From Minisyncoccota bacterium (GTDB taxonomy: Bacteria; Patescibacteriota; Minisyncoccia; Phycocordibacterales; JABAAK01), in assembly GCA_958295675.1 (NCBI GenBank), contig OY282360.1, forward strand, positions 530,026-594,025: a stretch of DNA of 64,000 bases, written 5' to 3'. The position numbers and the translations under genes are program-made. Position 1 is the first letter of the stretch; the number at the start of each line of letters is the position of its first letter. Under the pieces are notes generated by a model. The model saw only the letters and a list, made by a program, of their open reading frames with translations, did not search any database and was not told the DNA's origin. This document shows positions 37,336 through 48,151 of the stretch, in pieces.

Positions 37336-40300
37336 TCAATGACGCGCCTGCGCCTCTAACAACTCCTGAATTTTTTGCTGAATTCGCTGTATCTCTCTTC
37401 TAAGAGATTGTATGAGTTCCTGTTGTTGCGTTTCAGTAAGCGCCTGTGCAGATGGTGATGCGTCAGATTGCACCTGAAACATGACGGTGCGGGTACGCGG
37501 ACCATAGTAGCCGCTCGCGGGTGTGATACCGCGCGCCTGTTGAAAGGCGATAAGCGCGCGGTGGGTTGCCGGTCCGAAGTAATCACTTTCATTGCCGACG
37601 GAACCGGGTCCTGTTTCAGCGACAGTATATCCGCCTTTGTTCAAAAATTGCTGAAGCGCACGCACACCGGGATCGCTCACACCAATCTCAAGGTCATATT
37701 CAGGCAGCAGCAGCGGTTCCGGTGCTAACAGAGATGAAAATCCGTCGGCGGGCAATGCTTCAACAGGAACAACGCCGGAGATGACAGGCGGTGCTGCAGA
37801 TTGCTCGGACACAGTGGGCGATTCAGGTATGCGCGGTGCGGAGACAGTCGGAGGACGGTACGAACTTCGGCTACCGCCTCCTCCGCCTCCGCTGCTGCCG
37901 CGACGGATTGAAAAAGATGACAACAACAGAGACACTGACGCGGCATTGCCGGCGACATCAATCATGGTGAGTGAACAGTCATCGTAGTTGCTGCGCGCTC
38001 CGGAGAAACGAAGGGTATGGCTCGCGGTGCCGGATCCGATAACTGATCCGGTAACCTGCAGATCATCGCAGACACCGCCTCCGCTGACAGCAAACCGTAC
38101 GGTCTCTTCAATGGTTTGGTTGTGGTTCACCGTAATAGTAACCTCCGGTCGTCGTGAACTCGGTACTGACACCGTTCTCTCAACAAATGCGGGAACGGAG
38201 GTGTCGCGAGTAACGGCGAGCGGCGCGCTATACACCGTATTGTGCGCACTGTCGCGAACTCTGGCACAAATATAACGAATGCCATCGGAAAGTGATGCAG
38301 CGGTGATAGTCGCTATATCAGTAATAGTGTACGAAAGCGTATCCGCGCATACCGAACCCGGGTTAGTGTCCGTTACCGCATAGGTAACCGTCACTCCGTC
38401 GTCCTCATTCACTGTGACGGCAGTCACAATCGGCTGCGTGTTCCGTTCCCCATCTCCCGCCTCATCAGCGTTTATATACCCGTCCGTCGCAACCCCGGCA
38501 TGCGATAAATGCGCGGTAACAGTCGGCGCGACGGTATCAACGGTAACGGTAAGAGCAGGAGACGGATCAGACAGCGGACTGCCATTAATTGACTGTTTTG
38601 CGGCTATAGTCCACGAACCGGATATACCGGCGGCGGCAATACGACTGCCCTGTGCATCCGCCGCGGTTGTGAGATCAAGAGTGATTGTATAGCTGCCGTC
38701 AGCACTGTCGGCGACAGCAGTGCCGGTAGCAGTGTAAGCGGTAGCATCAACGGTCTTCACGGCGGTAAGGGTCACCGTAGCACCGGCATTCGCGGTACCG
38801 GAGAATGAAAGTGTCGTATTCCCCGTTACAGCATCCTCCGACCCCGTATCAGACGATGTCTCAAGAGCCGGCAAAGCAGGAGCAGCCGGCTGAAACAATA
38901 GCGGATAGCGGCGTTTCAGTTCGCGCAGCGCGCCGAGAGTGTTCAGCACCCTGCCGCCGCCGACAACCTGCGCGCTTGTCAGACCGCTCGTGCCGCCGAC
39001 CGCATGTGTCGCCGCGGTCAGGGTGTTTGAACCGCTCAGCAAGATATCACGCGTCTCGGCGACGGTGAGATCCGGCTTTACCTCAAGCAGCATAGCCGCG
39101 GTGCCGGCGACCATCGGCGCGGCAACGGAGGTGCCGGAAAAAACGCGATAGTACCCGCGCAGCAGCTCCTGCTGATGTGTAAGATCAGCGCGAAGAGGAC
39201 CTTTGAAGAACACAAATTCATTATCAAATATCTTACAGTTCTCTTTTGTCAGCCCGGTGGTTGGTGAACCACTCCAATCAAATCTAAAATGAAAGTTTGA
39301 AGTCAAGTGCGCAGTACCGGACAATTCAGCGTATGAAAATGTGTGTGTTGCCGGATTATGCAGTGCAATAGGACTGGAATAGTCCGTTCCGTCACCGCTG
39401 AACGAGTATGAAAGATGATTGTACTCACCCCGACAATCATGCCGAATGGCAAGGAGTACCCGTTCACCGCGCGCGGGATCAATAAAACTAAGATCAATCG
39501 GTCCGATGGTATAGGAAGACGCGGCGGAAGCGGCAGTTTCCGAACCGGCATCCGGTATCGGCGATATATAGCGCGTACCCGAATCAGTGCCGGACGACCA
39601 CGATGTCGCGCTAACGGGGACGGCGGAACCGTCGCCCAGCCCGCTTCCCTGCTGCAATCTGGAGTATCCCGACTTATACGACGGCAATGCCACACCAACC
39701 GCCGGCGCGAGTATCTCTATATGCGGTCCGTAATTTGTGCCGCCGTACACGGCATTATTCCTGTCCACACCACCGACCGCGAGGACATGAGAGAGTCCGG
39801 TCCAGCATTCATTGCCGTCAGTATCGCTGACTGACTCGGTGTAATCAACCGGTACAACCCAGTCGCTTGTGGTACCGATCTTCCTCCCGCTGTTGCCGGC
39901 GGCGATAGTGACAATGCCGGGAAAATCACGCAACGCGGCGTAGAGCATTGCGTCAAAACCGCCCTGCTTTTTCTCTTCCGCCGTGCCGCACGATAGCGTG
40001 CTTGAGGACGAATTGTTGGGATAGGTACGCGCCCAACTGATACTGAGCACATCCGCACCGTTATGCCGCGCCGTGTTAATCATACGCACGGCATCCGCCG
40101 TATACACCTTATCAACCTTGTACGGGAATCTGCTGCTCGGCGGCGCGGCGAGCGCCATCAACCGGCTGTTCTGCGCCACACCGAACGCGCCCTTTCCGTT
40201 ATTAAAACCGCCGAGCGCGGCACCCGCCATCGCGGTGCCGTGCACGGCAAAACCGGCTTCCGGATCGTTAGTGAACACCCGCTGTGTCCGACCGTTCACC

Positions 40301-40977
40301 AACCGCGCCTCAACATTAAAACCGCCCTTCGGACACCCGCTAACAAATGCGGTATTTGTATCATCAAAACAGGATGTCGGCTGCCACAACATTCCCTGAA
40401 ATTCAGGATGTGATGTCTTGATATTCGTATCAACAACGGCAATAACAGGTGCGCTGTCAGCGCGGTATGAATCCGGCGGTATCAAACCATACGCTTCTCC
40501 GAGACCCAAAAAAGAGAACGGCCACGCGTAGGTGTTTGCAATAAGCGGATCATTTGACGGCGGTTCGGTCTGCGCGTCGTACGCGAAGTTCGGCTGCGCG
40601 TGCGCGATACCGGCAACAGCGGACACCTCAGCGGACAACGCGGCAACATCAACATGCTCATCAAACGAAAGCAGTGCGGCACCGGTATCAGTAGCAACAT
40701 CTTCCGTGCGAATATCGTCAGTATCAACGCCGTGCTCACGCAATACTTTTTCCACCTCCAGATACAATGCTTCCTTCGCGTCAATAACATGAGTACTACT
40801 AACGGAAACATCGGAATCAATCTCCTCATACACCACAATAATCTGGTTCGGCGCATACACATCAGCGGAAGAATCTTCGGAAACAGTGACTGCACCCTGC
40901 GCGGCGGCGTATGGCACCGACAAACACATACAAAAGAGTAAAAAACAGAAACTGCCGTTCTGCAACGAAATATACAT
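37336..40977 (-). CDS. subtilisin-family (S8) serine protease with C-terminal peptidoglycan-binding domain
   Basis: Signal peptide. Catalytic triad motifs VIAVVDTNI (Asp), HGTAMAGAA (His) and GTSVAAPMVAGTAA (Ser). C-terminal PG_binding_1-like LQQFLNKGGY...GPATHRALIAFQQARGI. Confidence 0.8.
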   Translation of the reverse strand: MYISLQNGSFCFLLFCMCLSVPYAAAQGAVTVSEDSSADVYAPNQIIVVYEEIDSDVSVSSTHVIDAKEALYLEVEKVLREHGVDTDDIRTEDVATDTGAALLSFDEHVDVAALSAEVSAVAGIAHAQPNFAYDAQTEPPSNDPLIANTYAWPFSFLGLGEAYGLIPPDSYRADSAPVIAVVDTNIKTSHPEFQGMLWQPTSCFDDTNTAFVSGCPKGGFNVEARLVNGRTQRVFTNDPEAGFAVHGTAMAGAALGGFNNGKGAFGVAQNSRLMALAAPPSSRFPYKVDKVYTADAVRMINTARHNGADVLSISWARTYPNNSSSSTLSCGTAEEKKQGGFDAMLYAALRDFPGIVTIAAGNSGRKIGTTSDWVVPVDYTESVSDTDGNECWTGLSHVLAVGGVDRNNAVYGGTNYGPHIEILAPAVGVALPSYKSGYSRLQQGSGLGDGSAVPVSATSWSSGTDSGTRYISPIPDAGSETAASAASSYTIGPIDLSFIDPARGERVLLAIRHDCRGEYNHLSYSFSGDGTDYSSPIALHNPATHTFSYAELSGTAHLTSNFHFRFDWSGSPTTGLTKENCKIFDNEFVFFKGPLRADLTHQQELLRGYYRVFSGTSVAAPMVAGTAAMLLEVKPDLTVAETRDILLSGSNTLTAATHAVGGTSGLTSAQVVGGGRVLNTLGALRELKRRYPLLFQPAAPALPALETSSDTGSEDAVTGNTTLSFSGTANAGATVTLTAVKTVDATAYTATGTAVADSADGSYTITLDLTTAADAQGSRIAAAGISGSWTIAAKQSINGSPLSDPSPALTVTVDTVAPTVTAHLSHAGVATDGYINADEAGDGERNTQPIVTAVTVNEDDGVTVTYAVTDTNPGSVCADTLSYTITDIATITAASLSDGIRYICARVRDSAHNTVYSAPLAVTRDTSVPAFVERTVSVPSSRRPEVTITVNHNQTIEETVRFAVSGGGVCDDLQVTGSVIGSGTASHTLRFSGARSNYDDCSLTMIDVAGNAASVSLLLSSFSIRRGSSGGGGGGSRSSYRPPTVSAPRIPESPTVSEQSAAPPVISGVVPVEALPADGFSSLLAPEPLLLPEYDLEIGVSDPGVRALQQFLNKGGYTVAETGPGSVGNESDYFGPATHRALIAFQQARGITPASGYYGPRTRTVMFQVQSDASPSAQALTETQQQELIQSLRREIQRIQQKIQELLEAQARH

Positions 40978-40989
40978 ACCGCCAGTGTA

Positions 40990-42297
40990 TCACGCGATCC
41001 GGGCAATAGTGTTCAAAAACGAATCAGTCACCGTCTCCGGCACTTCAGTACTCCCGACATAGCACACCGCCATAGTATCTGTAACAAAAATATCCTCCGC
41101 GACCCGGCGTACATCCGCAGGCGTTACCGCCCTGATATGCTTCTCGTATTCCTCATCGGACTCCACGGCACCCGTTTGCGCGTACAGCACCATATTCCGT
41201 CCGGCAATACCCTGTGTGCTCTCCTGTTGCACAGCACGGACACCGAGAATGTACTCCCGCGCCTTCCGTAATTCATCATCAGACACCGTATCCCGCAGTA
41301 CAGCGGCGCACTCATCGGCAACGGCTCCCATCACCTCTTCGGTCCGTTTCCCGTTAATGCCCGTATAGATTGAAAAACTGCCGTAATGCGCGTTCATATC
41401 AGCGGACGCATTGATGGTGTAGCAAGCACCGAGATGTTCGCGCACCCGCAGAAACAAACGGGAACTCATAGAACCGCCGAGTACCGTACCAAGCAACTGA
41501 AGCGCATGACGGTCATCGCTGCCGCATGACGGCGCGTACCCGCCGATAACAATATGCGACTGCTCCAAATCAGAACGCACCACATGTACATGCTTCTGTT
41601 TTACACCGACAGCGGATACCGCGACCTGCTCGGTATGCCCGCCGACAGGTGCTGATCGGTACATGCGCTCCAATGCGGCGAACACTTCTTCAGAATCAAA
41701 CTTACCGGCGACAGAAATAATGATATTGCCGGAGACATAATGTTTCCGTAAAAACTGCACGAAGTCATCGCGGGAAAACGACCGGACTGAATCAGCAGTG
41801 CCGAGAATATCATGCTCGGCGGCAGTTCCATGAAACAGTGATTTTTCAACTTCATTACCGGCTTTTGCGGCGGGATCATCCTCGTACATTGCTATCTCCT
41901 CAACGATAACACTCTTTTCTTTTTCAAGTTCACCGGCGGGAAACAGAGAACGCAAAAAAATATCAGAAGTGATATCCATCATATCGCCGATTCTCTCCGC
42001 CCTGCCGAACAGATAGTAGCCGGTATATTCCCTTGAGGTATACGCGTTCCCGACGACACCGGACTCGTCCATGCGCACCAGCAGCTGCGTATAGTCGGGA
42101 TAGGTTTCCGTCCCCTTGAAACACATATGTTCAAAAAAATGAGCCAAACCATGCTCATGCGCCTCCTCATGATTCGCGCCGATATTCACGCCGACCAGCA
42201 CGCACGCCGTCTTTGCGTGCGCATTAGGATCAAAAATAACAGTAATCCCGTTGCTCATCGTGCGTACCTCAGCCATACACCTACCACTATACATCAA
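40990..42297 (-). CDS. M16 (pitrilysin/insulinase) family zinc peptidase
   Basis: Inverted zinc motif HFFEHMCFKG with the downstream glutamate region. Start may be M8 (MAEVRTMSNG). Confidence 0.75.
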   Translation of the reverse strand: MMYSGRCMAEVRTMSNGITVIFDPNAHAKTACVLVGVNIGANHEEAHEHGLAHFFEHMCFKGTETYPDYTQLLVRMDESGVVGNAYTSREYTGYYLFGRAERIGDMMDITSDIFLRSLFPAGELEKEKSVIVEEIAMYEDDPAAKAGNEVEKSLFHGTAAEHDILGTADSVRSFSRDDFVQFLRKHYVSGNIIISVAGKFDSEEVFAALERMYRSAPVGGHTEQVAVSAVGVKQKHVHVVRSDLEQSHIVIGGYAPSCGSDDRHALQLLGTVLGGSMSSRLFLRVREHLGACYTINASADMNAHYGSFSIYTGINGKRTEEVMGAVADECAAVLRDTVSDDELRKAREYILGVRAVQQESTQGIAGRNMVLYAQTGAVESDEEYEKHIRAVTPADVRRVAEDIFVTDTMAVCYVGSTEVPETVTDSFLNTIARIA

Positions 42298-42459
42298 AAC
42301 GCAGTACCGGTAATCACATTTTTTCTCAACACCAAAAAGTACACCATCCTGTTCTACAACATACCAAAAAAACAGTAATATAACTACAAAACAACAGCAA
42401 AATATGCTACACTACCCGCCAGAACCCTGTTCTTTCCACACACAACGAGGACGTTTCTC

Positions 42460-45024
42460 ATGCACAGACGAGCAGCAGGCATCCTGCCTGTTTTCCTGCT
42501 GACCGCGACATTCGCGGTCGGCGAAACACAGACGGTACCGCTGTTCGCTCCCGCGAATGACGGTATTCGGCAGGGATTCACGCGAGTCGTGAATCTCGCA
42601 CACCGAGACGGTACGGTCACAATCCGTGCCCGTGACGATGCCGGTGTCCTGCACCGGAGTTCGTTCCGCATCGCTGCATCCGCGGTGTACCACTTCAACT
42701 CAGACGACCTGGAGAACGGCAATGCCGTGAAAGGTATCACCGGTATCGGCAACGGCACCGGTGACTGGCAGCTCGCACTGGACAGTGATCTGCCGATCGC
42801 GGTCACCGCGTACCTGCGTACCGATGACGGCTTTCTCACCGCGATGAACAACACCGTGGCACGAGGCCCTGACGGGGTCCACCGGGTCATGACCTTCAAT
42901 CCCGCCTCAAACGTGAACCAGGAGAGTATGCTCCGGCTGATCAATCGGTCGGGGCGGACCATCACGGTAACCGTGCGGGGTACTGACGATCAGGGTGCAG
43001 CGGGAGACCGTCCCGTGACGGTATCCCTCCGCCCCAACGGTGCACGTACCCTGAGCGCGAAAGACCTGGAGAACGGAGGACTCGGCGACGGAAGCGGTAA
43101 GTGGCGATTGCTCGTCACGGCACCGGAATCCATTGTCGTCATGTCCCTCATGAGCACCAAGGTCGGCTACCTCACGAACCTCTCATCGGCACCGGAAGGC
43201 ACCACGATTCCGCTGTTCACCGCGGTCTCGCGGTTCAGGCAGAGTTTCGCGCGGATCATCAACCGCTCACCGGAAGCGGGCACCGTGACGGTACGCGCCA
43301 GGGATGACTCGGGCACCGAACGGGGCTCGTTCACCATCCCCATCGGCGCCAATCAGGTGCGGCACTTCAACTCCGATGATCTGGAAAACGGCAGTGTCGC
43401 CAAAGGTGTCACCGGTGTCGGCGACGGTACCGGTCACTGGCGGCTGACGGTCTCCGGCGATCTGGACCTACAGGTACTCGCCTACATGCGCACCGATGAC
43501 GGTTTTCTCACCGCACTCCACGATATCGTGGGTGATGCGGGACGGACGCACCAGGTACCCATACTCAACCCGGGCAGTAACACCGACCGGGAGAGCAGTT
43601 TGCGAATAGTCAACACCACGGGTGCCGTGACCACGGTCACCGTCCGCGGCTTTGACGATAGAGGCAGAGAAGGCGACAGCACAGTCCGCATCACCCTGCG
43701 GGGCAATGAAGTGAAAACCTTCACCGCCAAACGGCTGGAGGATCTGGGACTCGGCGACGGCAGCGGTAAGTGGCGGCTCATGGTCACCGCGACCAATCCC
43801 GTCATCCTGCTGTCCCTCATACAGACAACAACCGGGCACCTCACCAACCTCTCCTACACACCGGCAGGCATTCGGGTCATCGCCAGACCGGTGGAAGCAT
43901 CGTTCACCTACGAGGAGGACGACGGCATCCCGTTCGGCATCCGCTTTGACGCCACCGCGTCCAAAGGAGACCTCACGGACTACGCCTGGGACTTCGGGGA
44001 GAACAGTCTGCGGGTTGACACCACGACCGGCACCGGTCCGACCCCCCTGTTTGTCTACGACAGTACCTGGTTCTTCGGGCGTACCCGGGGTGACCACCTC
44101 GGCTACGAGGGTCGCTACCCCGCCACGACGACCTACCCGGTCACCCTGACCGTTACCGACCGCTACGGCGCCACAGACACCCATGCCGAGACAATCACGG
44201 TAACCAACACCCTGTCCTTCGCCGGCATGCGCGACCTCATCGGTCGTATCACCGACGGCGGGCACCGCGGGAAACTCATTATCTCGGAGTTGGGTATCGG
44301 CGAGGCGTTCGAGGGCAGCCATGCCCAACAGACGGTGTATGTGAACATGAAGGAGGAGGGAGTACCCGCGGCGAGTATCGTGGTGCACGGTCCGGGGATC
44401 ACGAACCCGCGCGCACTCGGTTCGTTCGGCATCCTGACCCACCCGGACAACGCCGCCCTGCGCGCCGAGACCCTGGTGGTGAATCTGTCGGTACTGCCCG
44501 CCTTTAACCGATTGAGTGTACCGCACATCCCTGCGCACAATATCATATGGGTGGCGAGTGCGGGCAACCTTGATCCCGACATCGCGGCGTGCGGTCCGAC
44601 CGACCCGCGCATCCGTGATTTCTGGCGGTCTGACCATCCGTACTTCTCCTGTGAGGGGAGGGATCGCAGTCCCGTCTATATCGACACCATGGGCGCAGTC
44701 AGAACCGGCAAGGTGCTGATGGCGACCGCGGCGGTGCGCAGACAGGACGGCACGGTCGTGCCGGATACCGGTGTCATGATGTGCGGCGACACCAGGGAGC
44801 AGTGCTTCGCGGTGGAGCAGTCGAGGATTACCTCGGCATCGGCACCGGCACTCAGCGCGGCGGTGTTCCACCTCTTCCAGACCTACGAGGATGCGGAGGA
44901 TGTGGTGCACGCCCTGAAGTCGTGCGCGACGGATATCGGGGAGCCCGGGGTTGACCGTGAATTCGGTCAGGGGCTCGTTGACTTCCGCTGCGCTGCGGCG
45001 ATGCTGCCGGTTGTTGATCGGTAA
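42460..45024 (+). CDS. secreted ~100-aa-repeat protein with degenerate S8-peptidase-like C-terminal domain (copy 1)
   Basis: Signal peptide. Four tandem ~100-aa repeats (...NSDDLENGxxxKGxTGxGxGTGxWxL...). C-terminal block HNIIWVASAGN ... SRITSASAPALSAAVFHL echoes the subtilase oxyanion/Ser motifs. Confidence 0.6.
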   Translation: MHRRAAGILPVFLLTATFAVGETQTVPLFAPANDGIRQGFTRVVNLAHRDGTVTIRARDDAGVLHRSSFRIAASAVYHFNSDDLENGNAVKGITGIGNGTGDWQLALDSDLPIAVTAYLRTDDGFLTAMNNTVARGPDGVHRVMTFNPASNVNQESMLRLINRSGRTITVTVRGTDDQGAAGDRPVTVSLRPNGARTLSAKDLENGGLGDGSGKWRLLVTAPESIVVMSLMSTKVGYLTNLSSAPEGTTIPLFTAVSRFRQSFARIINRSPEAGTVTVRARDDSGTERGSFTIPIGANQVRHFNSDDLENGSVAKGVTGVGDGTGHWRLTVSGDLDLQVLAYMRTDDGFLTALHDIVGDAGRTHQVPILNPGSNTDRESSLRIVNTTGAVTTVTVRGFDDRGREGDSTVRITLRGNEVKTFTAKRLEDLGLGDGSGKWRLMVTATNPVILLSLIQTTTGHLTNLSYTPAGIRVIARPVEASFTYEEDDGIPFGIRFDATASKGDLTDYAWDFGENSLRVDTTTGTGPTPLFVYDSTWFFGRTRGDHLGYEGRYPATTTYPVTLTVTDRYGATDTHAETITVTNTLSFAGMRDLIGRITDGGHRGKLIISELGIGEAFEGSHAQQTVYVNMKEEGVPAASIVVHGPGITNPRALGSFGILTHPDNAALRAETLVVNLSVLPAFNRLSVPHIPAHNIIWVASAGNLDPDIAACGPTDPRIRDFWRSDHPYFSCEGRDRSPVYIDTMGAVRTGKVLMATAAVRRQDGTVVPDTGVMMCGDTREQCFAVEQSRITSASAPALSAAVFHLFQTYEDAEDVVHALKSCATDIGEPGVDREFGQGLVDFRCAAAMLPVVDR

Positions 45025-45051
45025 CTTCTTTTTTTCGCCTACAAGGCAGTA

Positions 45052-45080
45052 CCCGCGCGGTTATCCGCGCGGGTTTTTTT
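45052..45080 (+). terminator. rho-independent terminator
   Basis: CCCGCGCGG-ttat-CCGCGCGGG followed by T7. Confidence 0.85.
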
Positions 45081-45179
45081 ATTTGCTCTTATATACAGCG
45101 TTGCTAATGTGTTATGGAGTATATGAACAACTGGCAGTGGTACTTTTGTTTCGCTTGAGGGACTGCTGTATGTCCTGAT

Positions 45180-45500
45180 TCTCGTTTGCGTAAATGATGT
45201 GCCACAGGTTTTTGTACTCGCTGCTGGTGACCAGGTGCTCCAGGGACAAGTTCCACAACTCGCACTGGTCGGACTACTTGCCCAGGTACCGTTGGTGCAG
45301 CTGTAGGTGGCGGATCTCTACGGAGAACCGGTACTGTCCCTCGCGGTATCGCTGCTAGCGGTTGTGGATGCGACTCTACCGCTACAGGTCCTACCGCTCA
45401 CGGTCCAGGAGACATCTTTCGGGGGGCAAGGCCGAATTTTGCAGGATCCCGTCCTTGTACTTGTTGACCAGGTACCGTCGTCGGTGCATCTGTAGGTGGC
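45180..45500 (-). pseudogene. decayed fragment of a Cys-repeat surface-protein gene (paralogue of 48152..52222)
   Basis: 45270-45480 aligns at roughly 80-85% identity, with indels, to 48885-49060. Reverse-strand translation gives ...TYRCTDDGTWSTS...VSWTVSGRTCSGRVASTTASSDTARDSTG, which is one Cys-repeat unit. Confidence 0.55.
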
Positions 45501-45566
45501 GAAACACAGACGGTACCGCTGTTCGCTCCCGCGAATGACGGTATCCGGCAGGGATTCACGCGAGTC

Positions 45567-48011
45567 GTGAATCTCGCACACCGAGACGGTACGGTCACGA
45601 TCCGTGCCCGTGACGATGCCGGTGTCCTGCGCCGGAGTTCGTTCCGCATCGCTGCATCCGCGGTGTACCACTTCAACTCAGACGACCTGGAGAACGGCAA
45701 TGCCGTGAAAGGTATCACCGGTATCGGCAACGGCACCGGTGACTGGCAGCTCGCACTGGACAGTGATCTGCCGATCGCGGTCACCGCGTACCTGCGTACC
45801 GATGACGGCTTTCTCACCGCGATGAACAACACCGTGGCACGAGGCCCTGACGGGGTCCACCGGGTCATGACCTTCAATCCCGCCTCAAACGTGAACCAGG
45901 AGAGTATGCTCCGGCTGATCAATCGGTCGGGGCGGACCATCACGGTAACCGTGCGGGGTACTGACGATCAGGGTGCAGCGGGAGACCGTCCCGTGACGGT
46001 ATCCCTCCGCCCCAACGGTGCACGTACCCTGAGCGCGAAAGACCTGGAGAACGGAGGACTCGGCGACGGAAGCGGTAAGTGGCGATTGCTCGTCACGGCA
46101 CCGGAATCCATTGTCGTCATGTCCCTCATGAGCACCAAGGTCGGCTACCTCACGAACCTCTCATCGGCACCGGAAGGCACCACGATTCCGCTGTTCACCG
46201 CGGTCTCGCGGTTCAGGCAGAGTTTCGCGCGGATCATCAACCGCTCACCGGAAGCGGGCACCGTGACGGTACGCGCCAGGGATGACTCGGGCACCGAACG
46301 GGGCTCGTTCACCATCCCCATCGGCGCCAATCAGGTGCGGCACTTCAACTCCGATGATCTGGAAAACGGCAGTGTCGCCAAAGGTGTCACCGGTGTCGGC
46401 GACGGTACCGGTCACTGGCGGCTGACGGTCTCCGGCGATCTGGACCTACAGGTACTCGCCTACATGCGCACCGATGACGGTTTTCTCACCGCACTCCACG
46501 ATATCGTGGGTGATGCGGGACGGACGCACCAGGTACCCATACTCAACCCGGGCAGTAACACCGACCGGGAGAGCAGTTTGCGAATAGTCAACACCACGGG
46601 TGCCGTGACCACGGTCACCGTCCGCGGCTTTGACGATAGAGGCAGAGAAGGCGACAGCACAGTCCGCATCACCCTGCGGGGCAATGAAGTGAAAACCTTC
46701 ACCGCCAAACGGCTGGAGGATCTGGGACTCGGCGACGGCAGCGGTAAGTGGCGGCTCATGGTCACCGCGACCAATCCCGTCATCCTGCTGTCCCTCATAC
46801 AGACAACAACCGGGCACCTCACCAACCTCTCCTACACACCGGCAGGCATTCGGGTCATCGCCAGACCGGTGGAAGCATTGTTCACCTACGAGGAGGACGA
46901 CGGCATCCCGTTCGGCATCCGCTTTGACGCCACCGCGTCCAAAGGAGACCTCACGGACTACGCCTGGGACTTCGGGGAGAACAGTCTGCGGGTTGACACC
47001 ACGACCGGCACCGGTCCGACCCCCCTGTTTGTCTACGACAGTACCTGGTTCTTCGGGCGTACCCGGGGCGCTCGCCACGGCTACGAGGGTCGCTACCCCG
47101 CCACAACGACCTACCCGGTCACCCTGACCGTTACCGACCGCTACGGCGCGGAAGCCACGCACACCGAGCCGATCACGGTAACCAACACCCTGTCCTTCGC
47201 CGGCATGCGCGACCTCATCGGTCGTATCACTGACGATGACGAACACCGCTACAAACTGGTGATCTCGGAGTTGGCTGATGGTGAAGCGTTTGAGGGCAGC
47301 CATGCCCAGCGGACGGTGTATGTGAACATGAAAGAAGAGGGCGTGCCGAAAGCGAACATCCATGTGCACGGTCCGGGGATAACGGACTGGCGCGTAGTGG
47401 ACGGTGCGTACGGCTTCCTGACCCACCCGGACAACGCCGCTCTGCGCGCCGAGACCCTGGTGGTGAACCGGTCGGTACTCCCCGCCTTCAATGAGCTTGC
47501 TGCGGAACACATCGCCGCGCACAATATCATATTTGTGGCGAGTGCCGGTAATGTGAACCACCATAGCGTGAATCAGTGCGATCCGCCGGACAATCCGGAT
47601 CGGGACCTGTGGCGTCCTGACCATTCGTACTTCACCTGTGATGATGGCGGTCGGCGGTGGATGTATACCGCAACGATGGACGCGGTCAGGACCGGTAAGG
47701 TGCTGATGGCGACCGCGGCGGTGCGCAGACAGGACGGCACGGTCGTGCCGGATACCGGTGTCATGATGTGCGGCGACACCAGGGAGCAGTGCTTCGCGGT
47801 GGAGCAGTCGAGGATTACCTCGGCATCGGCACCGGCACTCAGCGCGGCGGTGTTCCACCTCTTCCAGACCTACGAGGATGCGGAGGATGTGGTGCACGCC
47901 CTGAAGTCGTGCGCGACGGATATCGGGGAGCCCGGGGTTGACCGTGAATTCGGTCAGGGGCTCGTTGACTTCCGCTGCGCTGCGGCGATGCTGCCGGTTG
48001 TTGATCGGTAA
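45567..48011 (+). CDS. copy 2 of the repeat/S8-like protein, N-terminally truncated (possible pseudogene)
   Basis: >95% nt identity to copy 1 from GETQTVPLF onward. No signal peptide and no Shine-Dalgarno. The first in-frame start is GTG. The upstream in-frame sequence derives from the Cys-repeat fragment and opens with a stop at 45465. Confidence 0.5.
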   Translation: MNLAHRDGTVTIRARDDAGVLRRSSFRIAASAVYHFNSDDLENGNAVKGITGIGNGTGDWQLALDSDLPIAVTAYLRTDDGFLTAMNNTVARGPDGVHRVMTFNPASNVNQESMLRLINRSGRTITVTVRGTDDQGAAGDRPVTVSLRPNGARTLSAKDLENGGLGDGSGKWRLLVTAPESIVVMSLMSTKVGYLTNLSSAPEGTTIPLFTAVSRFRQSFARIINRSPEAGTVTVRARDDSGTERGSFTIPIGANQVRHFNSDDLENGSVAKGVTGVGDGTGHWRLTVSGDLDLQVLAYMRTDDGFLTALHDIVGDAGRTHQVPILNPGSNTDRESSLRIVNTTGAVTTVTVRGFDDRGREGDSTVRITLRGNEVKTFTAKRLEDLGLGDGSGKWRLMVTATNPVILLSLIQTTTGHLTNLSYTPAGIRVIARPVEALFTYEEDDGIPFGIRFDATASKGDLTDYAWDFGENSLRVDTTTGTGPTPLFVYDSTWFFGRTRGARHGYEGRYPATTTYPVTLTVTDRYGAEATHTEPITVTNTLSFAGMRDLIGRITDDDEHRYKLVISELADGEAFEGSHAQRTVYVNMKEEGVPKANIHVHGPGITDWRVVDGAYGFLTHPDNAALRAETLVVNRSVLPAFNELAAEHIAAHNIIFVASAGNVNHHSVNQCDPPDNPDRDLWRPDHSYFTCDDGGRRWMYTATMDAVRTGKVLMATAAVRRQDGTVVPDTGVMMCGDTREQCFAVEQSRITSASAPALSAAVFHLFQTYEDAEDVVHALKSCATDIGEPGVDREFGQGLVDFRCAAAMLPVVDR

Positions 48012-48038
48012 CCTCTTTTTTTCGCCTACAAGGCAGTA

Positions 48039-48067
48039 CCCGCGCGGTTATCCGCGCGGGTTTTTTT
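48039..48067 (+). terminator. rho-independent terminator (duplicate of 45052..45080)
   Basis: Same hairpin followed by T7. Confidence 0.85.
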
Positions 48068-48151
48068 ACTACCTGCGTTAGTTATATACACAAGCAATAT
48101 GCTACACACCCTAAATCTGACACACTGCGTTCGCCGGTCTTCCAATCATCA

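Noticed and set aside
43468-44910. 480-aa reverse-strand ORFs (also 46446..47897, 44163..44612, 42384..42965, 45398..45943)
   Set aside because: They lie antisense to the clearly homologous, domain-containing plus-strand genes in high-GC sequence. They are Arg/Gly/Pro-rich with no motifs, so they are artefacts of GC-rich antisense frames.
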